Source: Octopus bimaculoides
Lineage: Eukaryota
Reading direction: 5' to 3'
Assembly (NCBI RefSeq): GCF_001194135.2
Contig: NC_068984.1
Coordinates: 33,807,282-33,871,281 of the forward strand
Length of the DNA: 64,000 nt
Position 1 is the first letter of the stretch. Each line of letters opens with the position of its first letter. Under the pieces are notes generated by a model. That model was not told the origin of the DNA, made no database searches, and saw only the letters and a list, made by a program, of their open reading frames with translations. Below, in pieces: positions 25,504-39,089 of the stretch. The position numbers and the translations under genes are program-made.

Positions 25504-27315
25504 TGAATATATAAACGACAAGCAAAATTGAATGCAATTAGCAATCGTTAAAAGTTAAGTTTAAGATGCAACTTCGATTCCTTGCTATGTCGTTCCAATT
25601 CAGTCCTTCCATCAGTATCAGGAAGACGAAGACTTTAACGCTCACCAAACAACACTGTAAGTGTGAAGAGACAAAATGTAAATAAATTACAAATTGCATG
25701 ACAGGGGGTTACTGAGTGTCATAGAAAAGCTATTAATCTGTGAATTAGGAAATGGAGATATATTTTAAAGGAAAACAAACGTTTAAAACTATTAATACAA
25801 AATAAATTATCTTGCTCTGAAAGCACAATTACATTGAAAACATTTTTTAGTTAGACTGAATGGCAACCCCTTATGATCAAGCAATACATAAGTAATGAAT
25901 ATTTCACAATTATTTACTTAATTATTATGCTTTATAAAAAGTAACTACAACCATATTCCTGATGGTATTCCTATTACCCAAACTCCAAGTAGAATTTAAG
26001 AAAATCTCAACGAGCAAAACATTACCAAGTCAATACTCGATCGCTAATAATCTATGCATTAGGTTTTTTTTTCCTTCATGTTTGCTACCACAATATTAAC
26101 TCGAAACTTACTCAGCACCAATGATTAAAACACGTACTAATGAAATCGTTGACCAACATTACAACATTGCCAAGGAACATTAATTTTGATATCTCGCTCA
26201 CATTTTTTATAAAATCAAAGTAAATTTAATCTAAGATATCCGAAACGTGTATTGGGCCCATTTCTCTGACTATTGAATAAGCACTTAAAATTCATGTATC
26301 TAATTTAGTTATAACATCTAAAATATATTCATATATCTAAAAAAATTACACCCTTATCGTTCACATTTTACTTTGCCCTACAAGTTTGTTATTTAATTTC
26401 CTAATATAATTATTTTTATTCCTCCATATAATAATATTCTTAGGATGAAATTCAACTCAGAATCTTCGTTCCCACTATAGTATTGTGCTGTTAAATGTTA
26501 TAATGAATGAGTATGCATATACGTGTGTGTGGAGAGAGAGAGAAAGAGAGATGGTATAGAAAGAGGAAGATGGAGAGTTATAATTTTGTCTGAAGACAAC
26601 TGAAAACTAACTTATCAAATGGTTGTGTAGATGCTGCAAAACTGAAAATGTATCTTGAATGGCTTGAAGCATTTAAAATAATTCGTTTTATCTGCGAACA
26701 TTTGTAATTAAAATAATCCTATGTTGTTAACCCTGCAACAGTTTACAATGTTTAAATTCATTATTCATATAGAAAATAACAATATTTTCCGATATGTATC
26801 ACTGATATATTTCTTTTCCGCAATCAAGAGTACTTAATTACTGTGCACTGACATACAGAGGAAAAGATCAAGTCCTTTCTCGAAAGTTTGTATCATGAGC
26901 TAGCGTACAAAATAGATGTCTCGATATCTCCTGTTTACGGAATAAATGTCTCCCAGTAACTCACTGTGTCACAGAATCCCGGAAATGTAATTCATTGTAG
27001 TTATTCTTAAAGGCATGTTTTATGACAACAATGCTTAGTCTACTGCTCTAAACCCTGAATAAATTCAATATATCATAGACATGCTGCAAAAAAATATTTC
27101 TTTAAATAAAAAATGACAATTATAGTTTTCCTTTTATGGATATATTCATATGCTTGATGCTTAATGCCTTAAATGATTTCGTATCTATCTACATTTATAT
27201 TGAGAATTTGGTTTAAGATAAAACAGCAAAGCGAAAGTGAATGGAAAACTAATGAAGTCGATTATACATGTACACATATATACATATATACACAACCATC
27301 CATCCATATATATAC

Positions 27316-27396
<81 letters not shown>

Positions 27397-27796
27397 ATAG
27401 ATAGATAGATATAGATATGAGGCTGCATGGTTTTTATATATGTCTATATGTATCTGTATAATCGATTTAATTACTTTTCCAATCACTTTTTATACATACA
27501 TATATACGCATACAACGAACATGCATGAATGGACTTTGGAGTATGTATGTATATGCATAACATATAACATGAACATCTATATACATATATTTTAACATTA
27601 AGAAGGGAAGAAAAATATTATTATATATGCCTAGCCACACACACATACATGTGTATATATGTAATGTATATGTGTGTGTGTGTGTGTGCATATGTGTATG
27701 CATATGTGTGTGTATGCATATATGTATGTATATGTGTTTATCTATTGATAGATAGATAGATATGTGCGTGTTTCCTTCTCTATGTATGTACGTGTT

Positions 27797-27837
<41 letters not shown>

Positions 27838-27854
27838 NNNNNNNNNNATATATA

Positions 27855-27887
<33 letters not shown>

Positions 27888-28182
27888 ATGTATATAACTT
27901 GTGTGGTGGTTACAGATATGTCTATCCATGGGCTTTTTGTATCAAAGATATTCTGACTGAGAAGTTAATGGTATTGGATATTTATTTTTCCGCCTGACTT
28001 AATTTATTTTACACATGTTCATGTAAATGCATGTACGTATGCATATGCTTGTGCCCTCAGAAACACTTATATGCGTGCACAAATGTGAAGTGGTTGCCTT
28101 AACGAATTCTATATCGATTTCCCTCTCTACCAGTGAATGTATGTAATGCTTATAAACATGACTTGAAATTGTATAAATAAAC

Positions 28183-28224
<42 letters not shown>

Positions 28225-28616
28225 NNNNNNNNNNNNNNNNNNNNNNNNNNNNNNNNNNNNNNNNNNNNNNNNNNNNNNNNNNNNNNNNNNNNNNNNNNNN
28301 NNNNNNNNNNNNNNNNNNNNNNNNNNNNNNNNNNNNNNNNNNNNNNNNNNNNNNNNNNNNNNNNNNNNNNNNNNNNNNNNNNNNNNNNNNNNNNNNNNNN
28401 NNNNNNNNNNNNNNNNNNNNNNNNNNNNNNNNNNNNNNNNNNNNNNNNNNNNNNNNNNNNNNNNNNNNNNNNNNNNNNNNNNNNNNNNNNNNNNNNNNNN
28501 NNNNNNNNNNNNNNNNNNNNNNNNNNNNTTACATAGTCTATTGACTGTTTTTACTCTCGCTAGGCCACTGGTGGTAAATAAAATTTCTAAAATTTTCTTT
28601 GCCACCCTATAATTTA

Positions 28617-28656
<40 letters not shown>

Positions 28657-28763
28657 CCATTCACAATTCTTGAAAAGGGAAAGCCGCTATACTTTTAGAA
28701 TATTGAATAAAAAAATTTCTGCTTAATCCTCAAAATTACATTACATATTATGATGCCATAACA

Positions 28764-28900
28764 CAGGCATGGACAAAGTGAGGCCCGCAAGATTTCCTGT
28801 ATGGCATGCCAAATGGAAAATTACTTTGAATTTTTTTGTCTAGTGCGTCCCATCTGAGAGTAACTTATATCACATGCGGACCGTTTCTCGCAAATGCTTC
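28764..28900. mobile_element. Possible hAT (Charlie-like) MITE end
   Basis: caggcatggacaaagtgaggcccgc resembles the terminal motif of hAT/Charlie elements; no partner end found. Confidence 0.3.
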
Positions 28901-29129
28901 TTGATATTTGGTATGATGTATTTCACAAAATATTGTTCAAGAGATATATGGTTAAATAGGTAAAAACTGTATCATTTCAAAAGTTAGAATGATGGGTGGA
29001 AATATGGAAGCATCTATTTGAACGGACGAAATACACTGAAAGTGGGGAAATTTACAATAGAATAGTTCCATGTGTTTGTAGATATATAACGAAACACATT
29101 TCTGGTATAAGCACAAGGACAGCAATTTT

Positions 29130-29310
29130 GAGGACGGGTTTATTGATTACATGGACTCCAGTGCTGTACTGTTACTTATTTCATCGACTCCGAAAGAATG
29201 AAAGGCAAAGTGAAACTCGACGGAATTTAAAGTTACAAAAGAAAAAAATTGAACGAAATACCGCTAAGCATATTGTCATTCGTACTAACGATTCTGCCAT
29301 CTCACCGTCT
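29130..29310 (-). mobile_element. SINE family B degenerate copy
   Basis: ttatttcatcgactccgaaagaatgaaaggcaaagtgaaactcgacggaattt...gaaataccgctaagcat...taacgattctgcca. Confidence 0.75.
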
Positions 29311-29840
29311 TTAGAGATATATATGAATATAAGCACACATGCATACACATACAACACATATCTATGTGTGTATGAACACACACAAGTACACACACACACA
29401 TGCATATTTTGTTTGACAATTACTTCGAAGTTTCGCCGTAGGAGACTCTTCAAAATGTAATTACTGTTTAATTACTGAAATTACAGATTGCAATTTGAAA
29501 TGGCGCCCACGGCAAAACTCCGAATTATCTGTCAACCTTTCTATTATAAATATTTGATCTACGGCTTTTACTGAAACCTTTATGCCGTTAATTTTCGTTC
29601 TTTCAAATTCTTTACCACATGCATATAAGTGTGTGTGTGTGTGTATGTATGTACACAAGCACAAATACTTTTCTGTCTGCTTCTATATCTTTCTGAATAC
29701 TTGTGCTCATGTGCGTGAATGAGAATGTATAATATTAGTATGTGAACATATATTGGAATCCATGCGTTAGAAACGAATTTTCCAGCTGCATTTATGTACA
29801 CATGCATATATACTGACATACGTAAGTTTGCGTGTTTGTG

Positions 29841-29880
<40 letters not shown>

Positions 29881-30367
29881 CGCAGTATGCTTGTATGTAT
29901 GTATGTATATATATATATGTACGCAGTATGCTTGTATTTATGTACGTATGTATGTACAGATGTATGTATGTATTTATTTACGTATGTGCAATCAGTGACT
30001 ATCGTGGAAAACTACAATCCACCGGCAACAATGTAATGAAAAGAAATGACAAATCTATACATCATTTCAATGTTATTGAATTCAGTATCATAGACAGATA
30101 GATAGACAGGAAGGCAGACAGACAAGAAGATTTTATTGACCTTCAACTGCCTCTTATTCATTAACAATTCTCGTAAGTTATTCTCTAGATATTATCTTTC
30201 TTCGTTACAATTCCTTTACATCTAAATATAGATTTGATATTTCAGCGCACTTTTAAATCTTGCTTTTTACGTTGTTTATTCTATTGTAGAACGTTTACTC
30301 CCTTTTTTTATGTAAGTGATTTTTTTTTTTTTGTGTAGCCTCTAATCAGTTTACGGCAATATTATTT

Positions 30368-30560
30368 TCTTCTCTAGGCAAAATGGCCGAAATTTGGTGT
30401 GAGGGGGCCAGTCAGTTAGATCGACCCCAGTACGCAACTGAAACCTCATTTAACGACTTTCGAAAGGATGAAGGGCAAAGTCGACCTCGGCGGAATTTGA
30501 ACTCAGAACTTAACGGCAGACTAAATACCGCTAAGCATCACGCCCGGTGTGCTAACGTTT
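30368..30560 (-). mobile_element. SINE family B, best-preserved copy
   Basis: gaaaggatgaagggcaaagtcgacctcggcggaatttgaactcagaac...ataccgctaagcatcacgcccggtgtgctaacgtttctgccaac; the minus strand carries the Pol III-type head. Confidence 0.8.
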
Positions 30561-30849
30561 CTGCCAACACGCAGCCTTAGTAACATTGTAATTGTAAGTG
30601 ATCTATTACTATGCTTTTACCCTTTACTTGTTTCGTCATTAGCGTACGGAGAAGCTGGGGCACCGCCTTGAGAGATTTAGTCTCAAGTATCGCCCACATT
30701 GCCGATTTTCGTTAAGCCTGGTGCTTATTCTGTCTGTGTTTTTTGCCAAACTGCTATCTTATAAGCAAGTAAGCAAGTGAAACAGATTTCATACCACACA
30801 TCTTACACCTGAACCTGTGTAGCGTAAATATTAACATCGGTAATGGTGG

Positions 30850-31320
30850 TTCTGAACATTGGCACAGAGCCATAGATTTTGATTGGATGGTTCTGGAGTA
30901 AAATGGGATTTAGACATCAGTATTACACTGATATTTATTTCATGAACTTGGACTAATATAAAGAGAAAAGACAACACCTGGCTCGATTTGAACTCAGCGC
31001 CTAAAGAATATAACTAAATACCACAAATCTCAGTTAACCTAGTGATCTGTTGATTCTTCTACTGCACTGTACCGCCTATAGGTCCAATAATCCTTTCAGC
31101 TATAGGCACAGGGCTTCATTTTTCTGTTGGGAGAGCAACTGGGCAATTACATTGGCCTTAGTTCTCAACTGACCTCAGTGCTCAACTAGTACTTATTTTA
31201 GGAGGATGAAAGGAGAGAGCAAGCTTGTCGGAAATTGAACTCAGAACATAAAGCCAAAAGAAATGCCGGTAAGTATCTGGTCTCGCGTGTGTGTTAACGA
31301 TTCTGTCAGCGTGTCGCATT
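30850..31320 (-). mobile_element. Two further degenerate SINE family B copies in tandem
   Basis: ggcacagagcc...tttgaactcagcg (30850-31040) and tcctttcagctataggcacaggg...ggatgaaagga...gaaattgaactcagaac (31070-31320). Confidence 0.6.
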
Positions 31321-31381
31321 ACCACCATTAATAAAGATTAATACTGACGCTTATATTACCTGGAACAGTTATTATAACTGG

Positions 31382-31522
31382 AAGAAGAAGAAGAAGAAGA
31401 AGAAGAAGAAGAAGAAGAAGAAGAAGAAGAAGAAGAAGAAGAAGAAGAAGAAGAAGAAGAAGAAGAAGAAGAAGAAGAAGAAGAAGAAGAAGAAGAAGAA
31501 GAAGACAATGACGATGAAGAAG
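31382..31522. repeat. (GAA)n microsatellite, about 40 perfect units
   Basis: Read directly. Confidence 0.97.
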
Positions 31523-31804
31523 AAGTTAGAACATGGAAGAAGGAAGAGGAGCAGGTTGAGTAAGAATGACCAATATCAAGTAATTTCCTGAAGTGCAGAA
31601 ATCGATGAGATAAATAAACAAGGACACACTGCGAACATTTGGAACTGTAGACATCCTAAGCTAAAGCACATCATTGGCAAAGTGGACTGTTATTAGAATA
31701 TATTTAATGATTAAGACTATCCATAAAATAAACATTTAACAAAAACAACACCATTACTAAGACATTCAGCATCGTTGAAAATAGACTCTGTATACATATG
31801 TGTG

Positions 31805-31856
<52 letters not shown>

Positions 31857-31921
31857 TGTGTGTGGGGGGGGTGTAAGTGTATGCATGTATATATATATAT
31901 ATATATATATATACATCGGTA

Positions 31922-32125
31922 TATAAAAATAGTTATTTTATTCCACACGAGTAGAAATATAGCAAAAAATAGAAGTTGAAAAACGTACTGAGAATAATTA
32001 AAACTTGTTTCATTATATTTAAAGATTTAACCGGTTTCACATTTTACACTGATTTTCAAAAGTTGAGATAGGAAGACGTGGTTTATGCCGCAACTGTCTT
32101 GCTTCTGGCTAGCGCTTGAAGCTAA
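31922..32125. mobile_element. Solo arm of the 19.7-20.2 kb foldback family
   Basis: ttattccacac..gtagaaatatag..aaaatagaagttgaaaa...ttaaccggtttcac...gaagacgtggtttatgccgcaactgtcttgcttctggctag matches the reverse complement of about 20040-20245. Confidence 0.8.
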
Positions 32126-32649
32126 TCCTTGACTTTAACACACGGACTTTTTTAGTAATTGCCTTCTCCCTCGCGCACACACACACTTTCATTGTATTTC
32201 CAGAATTTATTCAGAATTTTGAAGACGTGCTAGTGTGTCCTTTCAGAATTCAACCCATTTGACAGCTCTATAGAATTATTTCTGCTCTCATTTCCAATAT
32301 CACAAGCGTCAAGGCGACACTTTTAACAATCACTTGCTCGAAGACCTTGAGACATCACATTTTTTTAATGTCCACTAATATAGCTTTCACAAAGCCAGAT
32401 CTATTGGATACGTGTGCATCTATGTCACTCACTAGCAGAATTCACCACCAAGAAATATTCTGAAAACAATTTTATGATGTAAGCAAAGTATTTGCCAGTG
32501 TCTGAACTGCAATTTCAGTCAAACTTAATGTCTTTGAGCTCTATTTACCTCACGTCTCTTTGATCGGAAACGACTTATCAAATTCCCCATAGCACAACCG
32601 GACTGATGATCTTCGGCTGTCACTATTATTCAGACAATAAAGGGAGAGG

Positions 32650-32860
32650 AGATGACAGGACCTTTAGCACGACAGACAAAATGCTTAGTGGCATTTCGTC
32701 TGTCTTTACGTTCAAAGTTCACGTTCTGCCAAGGTCGAGTTTAACTTTCATTTTTTCGGGTTCGATGAAATAAGTGCCAGTTGAACAATGGAAGCGATGT
32801 AATTGATCCGTCCACTCCTCTAGAATTGCTGGTCTTTTATCATAATTTGAAACTATTATC
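32650..32860 (+). mobile_element. SINE family B copy in opposite orientation
   Basis: aaatgcttagtggcatttcgtctgtctttacgttcaaagttcacgttctgccaaggtcgagtttaactttcattttttcggg. Confidence 0.7.
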
Positions 32861-32899
32861 CAGTCAACTCATTCATTTATCTTCCACTCCTGGGTTCAT

Positions 32900-33800
32900 C
32901 ACCAACATGCTTACTTACTAATGTGTCAATAATCTGGAATTTTCTCTCCTGTTGCCATCAAACTTCAGTTGGTAAAGAATACCGTCAATCCCGCCATCTA
33001 CCGGGGACCAGTCTGACTGCTAGCACCATGGGCGCAAACCAAATCATTTTTAAAGTGGCCCGGTGGTCATTTTTCAAACAAGATAACCTTCCTGATATTT
33101 TCGAAATTTTTGTTTATATCATTGTATATATTCTTGTATAGTATTATATAACATTGTATATTGTACTGTATAGTATTAATATTTGGCAGTAAACTGGCTG
33201 AATCTTTAGAGCGTTGAATTGATTGCTTTGCCGAGATCTTTCAGACTCAGCTCCCACTCTCATCAAATTTACCTATCATCCTTTCTGGATTGATAATTAA
33301 AGTCTCAGACTTGTGCTGATTTGCTTTTCTTATTTCACCCTCCTTTGCTTATTGTCAGTGTCTTTAATTCTTTCTTTTCTGCAAGAAATCAGCCAAGGCC
33401 AACCCTGGAAGGGGATGCGCTCCTCCATGCCATAAATGGCCAACGCACGCAGTATATCACAATGGTGCAATTTCAAATTCATCAAGGAGTTAAGACCTTA
33501 TGGCATTATAAATATTCCTCTTCTTGTATATTTGATAATGATCCAAACTAACACTTGATGCTTCACTGCATTTTCTAATTTAAATGTCACAGGAGACGTT
33601 TATGCACTTGATTTTTTTTTATGATTGTATTTTTCCATACAAGTGGTTCTGTTAACAACTTGACCTGTTCGAAGTACAGAACGTTATTATTATTGTTCTT
33701 TGCCTCAGGTTTGCTCCGATTGAGAAAACGTAAGTGGAAACTCATTCAATAACTGAGCTCGACTTCTTTTGATAACCTGTTTTTTGTATGTGCCAACCTA
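32900..33800 (-). mobile_element. Highly degenerate Ty3/Gypsy gag-like remnant
   Basis: Fragments across frameshifts: YNAIRS.LLDEFEIAP, LRALAIYGMEERIP, FLAEKKELKTL, and a possible knuckle remnant near 33030; pattern recognition only. Confidence 0.35.
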
Positions 33801-34797
33801 GTGTCGTTCACTAATACCAGTGTGATATACAATACCACGGAACGGGGTAGACACCAACAGCCTCCACTTGATGTATTCCCATATACTCTGGAAACAACTT
33901 TAACCAATACAAAACAACTCTCAACGAACTATAACAACTTTTCAGCAATGTCCTGCGGCTCCATACACTCACGCACGACACCTTCGAGTTCTTGCGATTT
34001 TTCACCCCTCGCTTTCAGTCAAGACACGCGGCTAGTCCATTCTCAGAGTGGATGTCAATATTTTCGCCGTATCATCTCCTCTTTTGAGATTTGACTTCTA
34101 TAGGAAGTACAAATTGTTTATTTGATTTTATTCTATATTTTTTTATCACTACCTTTTATGAGAATTTAATTTGCTCAGAAGTTTTAATACTTCTTTCGCT
34201 TAGGGACTATTTCTAGTTGTTCTGTTTGTTTATGTTTACTATTGCTGATCCGCCTACGTTCAACCTCCTTTGGCATTAGAACATCGAGCAAATCATAACA
34301 AACTTCCATCGGTATTTCTTCTCTTTCTTCGGCATGTCTAGTCTTGACCTGGTTCAAATGTCATTTGTACTCTCCTATATGACCTTTTATTATGTCCATC
34401 ATACTGCCTATTCTTTTCGTCTCTATACCGTCCTCCTAACTTTCTCTACCATTCTTATTTATTTTGAAATGAACTTTATCTCCTACATTAAAATACTTTG
34501 TTGTGTTTCTTGGGTTTTCCTTATAAGTATTTTTGTAAGTAAAAAATTATCAAAAATTCAGTTTATCTTCCAGACAAATATTAGCTTTTGCAGGCGACTT
34601 GCCTGAACAGGTGTTCAGGTTAGGCATTACCCTGTAAACTCTTATGAATTGAGCTAGTGTTGCATCCTCGCTTAATTCATTTCCTGATTTTTTTTTTTTT
34701 TTTAGTGCTCGCTAAGATGTATCAACGAACTTTTTTCTAGTTTCCCATTTGATCTCGGATGGTACGGTGGAGTAGAGATGTAATTACTCATTTACAC

Positions 34798-35210
34798 TTT
34801 TACTCTTTTACTCTTTTACTTTTTCAGTCATTTGACTGCGGCCATGCTGGAGCAACGCCTTTAGTCGAGCAAATCGACCCCAGGACTTATTCTTTGTAAG
34901 CCTAGTACATATTTTATCAGTGTCTTTTGCCGAACAGCTAAGTTACGGGGAGGTAAACACACCAGCATCGGTTGTTAAGCGGTGGTGGGGGACAAACACA
35001 GACACACAAACACATACACAAACATATATACATATACATATATATACGACGGGCTCCTTTCAGTTTCCGTCTACCACATCCTCTCACAATGCTTTGGTCG
35101 GCCCGAGGCTATAGTAGAAGACACTTGCCCAAGGTGCCACGCAGTGGGACTGAACCTGGAACCGTGTGATTGGTAAGCAAGCTACTTACCACACAGCCAC
35201 TCCTGCGCCT
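34798..35210 (-). mobile_element. Full-length composite SINE family A inserted into the Gypsy integrase
   Basis: Full match to 10969-11270 and 61200-61611; integrase sequence resumes on both sides. Confidence 0.9.
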
Positions 35211-36852
35211 ATGATTGCTTAACTTCCACAGAAATTTTTAAATGCCTACCTCGAAAACTGCGTTCCGTTATCCGATACTATAGTGTCTGGGACACCTATC
35301 GAGCAAAATGTTCGTGAAGGAACCTTATTATTACCTTCGAGGTTGGTTAACTGCATTTACATATCTCCGGGTACTTGGCTTAGCCGTCTACTATGATCAG
35401 ATAATACACGCAGTTTACCGGTCCAGCAAGATCTATATGTAGCCTGTACCAAGGATTGTTTGTCTTAGGCCACGACTGGAATTTCACTGGTGGTGAATTA
35501 GCAGTGAGAACACAACCTCTGCAGGATTTCACCAATTGTTCAATATCACTGTCCATAATAGGCCAATACTCTTACTGATTTCATTCCTTAAATCCCTGGA
35601 TTTCCATATGAAATTCACTTAATACGCACTTTTGTAGTGCGGTTGGAACTACAACTCTTAGAGCTTACATCGGCACATTATCACACAGAGAAAAATGGTT
35701 GGCATTTGTGTTATATATGCTTTTATTTGCTTTTACTTTCAACATTTCTTTTATCTTTGCAATGAATTTGTCATTCTCCGATTTTAATTTTATATCGTGA
35801 ACAGTTACTGTCAGCTCCCGAATGACGTTACATAAAATGTTTTTTTTATTTCATTTTCCGCTCGCAATGTGATAACTACGGTATCTTAGAATAGTTCTGT
35901 ATTTTTCGGAATTAGCCTTGATAAACAATCCGCATGGCCAAACCTCTTGGATGGTGTATACAGCATCTTAAAATCGTAATTAAACAATATCGTGCCCCAG
36001 CGTTGTAACCTATTTGGAGTATGGATAAGAATTCTTTTCTTCGACCCAAAAATTGATAATAATGGTCGGTGTTCAATTTGTAGCCGAAAATTTATGTTGT
36101 GCAAACATCTATGAAATTTCTTCAAGGCAAACATGATCGCTAGAGCTCCTTTCTCTTACTCAGTGAATATGAGGCATGAACCACCGCCTTCATATTACCG
36201 TCGTTATATTTGTGTAGCAAAGAATGAAAAAACAATTGGCGTATGGTCGCTGTTCTTATCGGCTCAGTGTCATGGTTTATCGCGTCTTCTTCTTTGCTAA
36301 ACCTTACTTCCACTGTGCTGTATTTCTTTCCACGCATATAAAATGTGGTAAGCCTCTTTATTTCCTTGAAGCACTCCTCTATTGTCTCTACTGGGGGGAA
36401 CCTCTATCTTTTTAGAGGACGTAGATAACATTCTGTACACCACTGTCCTCTTCGCCGCATTGTTCGTCAATTCTTGCAGTGGAATCAGCCTCAAACTGGC
36501 TCCTTCCTTTTCTATTAGTTTACTTCCTTCCTCCCACTTTCTGGACTCTATTTCTGGAGTCTACTTCCAAGGCGCCGGCAGGTATTCCTTTACTCGTGAC
36601 TGATGCGTAACTTCCAGTTGGTTTATTTTCCACATCTCCTCTTTCCTCTACTTCACCCATAATTGGTTAAGAAAACAAATACAATAACAGCCAAAAACAG
36701 TAACAATAGTTTAAAATTTAACCAATTTAACAAATCCTAGGTTCACCCACACGAGGAGACCTATAACAAATAAAACAGCTGTCTCCGGAATCACAAGTGA
36801 TTTAACAAGAATACGCGATGTTTAATCTCTCACTCTCAGTCAGACACTCTGC

Positions 36853-36860
36853 TATTTATA
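36853..36860 (-). promoter_or_regulatory. TATA box (TATAAATA) in the Gypsy 5' LTR
   Basis: Minus strand ggactagccgaactcgTATAAATAgcagagtgtc, about 55 nt inside the LTR start. Confidence 0.55.
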
Positions 36861-37669
36861 CGAGTTCGGCTAGTCCATTCTCACAGGGGGTGTCAGGTTT
36901 CTCGCCATGACAATTATTCTGTGTGCAAGGAAAACGGGACCGCGTTATCCAACGTGGTCTTTTTTTATGAAACGATGGGATGTTAATTTTAGTCCCAGTG
37001 GCGCTATCGTGTGTGTCGATGCAATATTTTGTGGTGGCATCCGGCATCGAGAAGGTTGTGTAAAAATAGTTGCCTTTACGTAATTATTTATTTCATACTG
37101 ACGTGGCTGTGTAGCATTGAACGGCAGTATCTTATGTGCATTTCATGGTGTAGTATTGCAGAAAATGTTACTATGATGAAAGATGTTTGTGGCGTTTTTC
37201 TTCTGTAGAAGCCGTGAACGGGGGAATTATTTGGCAACTTCAGCTACATTAAGTGCGATGATCTAAAGAATTTTCTTTTGAACTGAATTCAGTTGACTGA
37301 ATATGCTACCTGAAGCGTTTATATGAGATAGACTGATGTATCTCTTGCTGCTTCAGACTTGTGTTTCTTTGTGATTTTTCGTTGCGCTCTAAGTCACTCT
37401 GCAGAACTGATACAATTAATGGCGATATGTTCTGTTCTTGTTATATGTAAAGTTTACAAATATTAAAATATATTTTTAGAAACCTTGAATATATTTCTTA
37501 AATGTTGACCATTTATCATACCCTTCATCGTAATTGTTAATAGAATCCTAACACAGTGAACATTGCAGGCACATCTCTATGAATGAGGTTTGCATTTATT
37601 ATGCTCATACACAACATATAGATTTCACTTCAATATTGAGCACTTCACTGAAACAACCTAGTAGTAGCA

Positions 37670-37677
37670 TCAGCTGC

Positions 37678-37738
<61 letters not shown>

Positions 37739-37787
37739 ATAGTAGTAGTAGTAGTAGGAGGAGGAGGAGGAGGAGGAGGAGGAGGTA
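37670..37787. repeat. (TAG)n-(GAG)n compound microsatellite
   Basis: Read directly. Confidence 0.95.
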
Positions 37788-39089
37788 GAAGAGTCACGTG
37801 AGTAGTGATTACCTCCGCCTCACGCAGCAACACCTTACAAATAGTCGTACTCGCTAACCTAAAATATCGATTCTCCTCTGGTCTTTTTAAAGTTCTACTT
37901 TGAACTTGCTTATAATAAATCCAACACTTATCATCGTTTGTTCTTCATAGATACGAAATACAAAACGATATCTTTTCTTTAGAAGTGCAACAAATTTTAT
38001 TGTTATATTTTTGGAGGGTTTTTTGTTTATTTTTCAGACATATTTTTCTGTTTTTGTTCTCTTTTTTTTTTAATGTAGCTTTTATTTTTTATAATATTAT
38101 AAGAATTTATATATGTTTTAACTTTTATTTCACCGTTTCACAGTCTTCGTATATAATAGATATGATATTTGATAGATATTGGACTATAGATCAAACAAGA
38201 GAAAAAAATATAGAAATTAATTACAAGAGTGTCAGCTGACACTTATATCTGGTTAATATATCTAGCAAAGGGGGTAAAACAATAAGACATCAAACAGTGA
38301 TCGAATTAACACTATTTGAAAACTGATTCTCATCATTAAAAAAAGATATACTCGTTCCTAGGTGGTGGTGACAAGTTCAGATAAATTATTTCCTTTGACT
38401 TTAGCTACCTATACTCACGCGCATGCGCGTGTGTTTATTCATGTTTGTATCAGTGTTGCTACGTTTGTGTGTGTATGTGTATTGATATGTGCGTGTGCAT
38501 GTGCGCACTTGCTTGTGTGTGTGTATGTAGAAGCTAGACAAGGACTTGCTATAAGTACAGACCGGCAATGGTTTCTACTAACTTCTCACTTGATATTTTT
38601 TTTTCCATTTGTGTAATAGTTTTTGATTTATATGAAACTTTGCCATTCTTACGAATAGTTCTGCTGTTGGTAGCTCCTCAGGGTCAAGGATTAAACACGA
38701 GAATTAATCTTGGTGGACCAGCATATAATTATTTGGGTCATTCTGGTCGATACTGAGTAGTTGTTGCCTCATGAAAGGTGAACAGATGAAGCGCTGCACT
38801 GGCCATCTAGTGATGCTCTCTATACTCCTATTTATTTTTGTGATGTTCGGTTCGTACAACGTCAAAATTATTCGACCCCTTATAGACGACTGTATCGGGC
38901 ATTAGCCGATGGATCTAAATTGTACATATTGATGCAGTTACAAATTTTCTTTAAGTATATCTTTAAATCATTTCTTTTTTCCTCGTCGTGCATTTTCCTT
39001 CATTAATCTGAGATTAAACCCGTTGTTTGGGCAACTCGCATTTGCACAACATAGCCAGTTGATAGAAACTAATGGCAGTTATTAATCGA

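Larger units (their letters stand above)
33830..36912 (-). mobile_element. Internally deleted Ty3/Gypsy (Mag/K02A2.6-like) LTR retrotransposon with both LTR remnants
   Basis: RNase H region 35886-36340 (FALKKFHR..EHRPLLSIFGSKK...NRLQRW..HADCLSRL); integrase 35215-35720 (VKSCRGC, PWYRLHIDLAGP, VPDTIVSDNGTQF) resuming at 34130-34790 (PPYHPRSNG, FNVGDKVHFK...HLNQVK); PPT AAAAGAGGAGA at 34075-34085 followed by TG; LTR starts at 36912 and 34074 share cggctagtccattctca..gtca..cgcc. Confidence 0.88.

Noticed and set aside
28996-29460. 154-aa ORF, the longest gap-free ORF outside microsatellite/LINE antisense
   Set aside because: Mostly a SINE B copy plus CA-rich repeat read through by chance.
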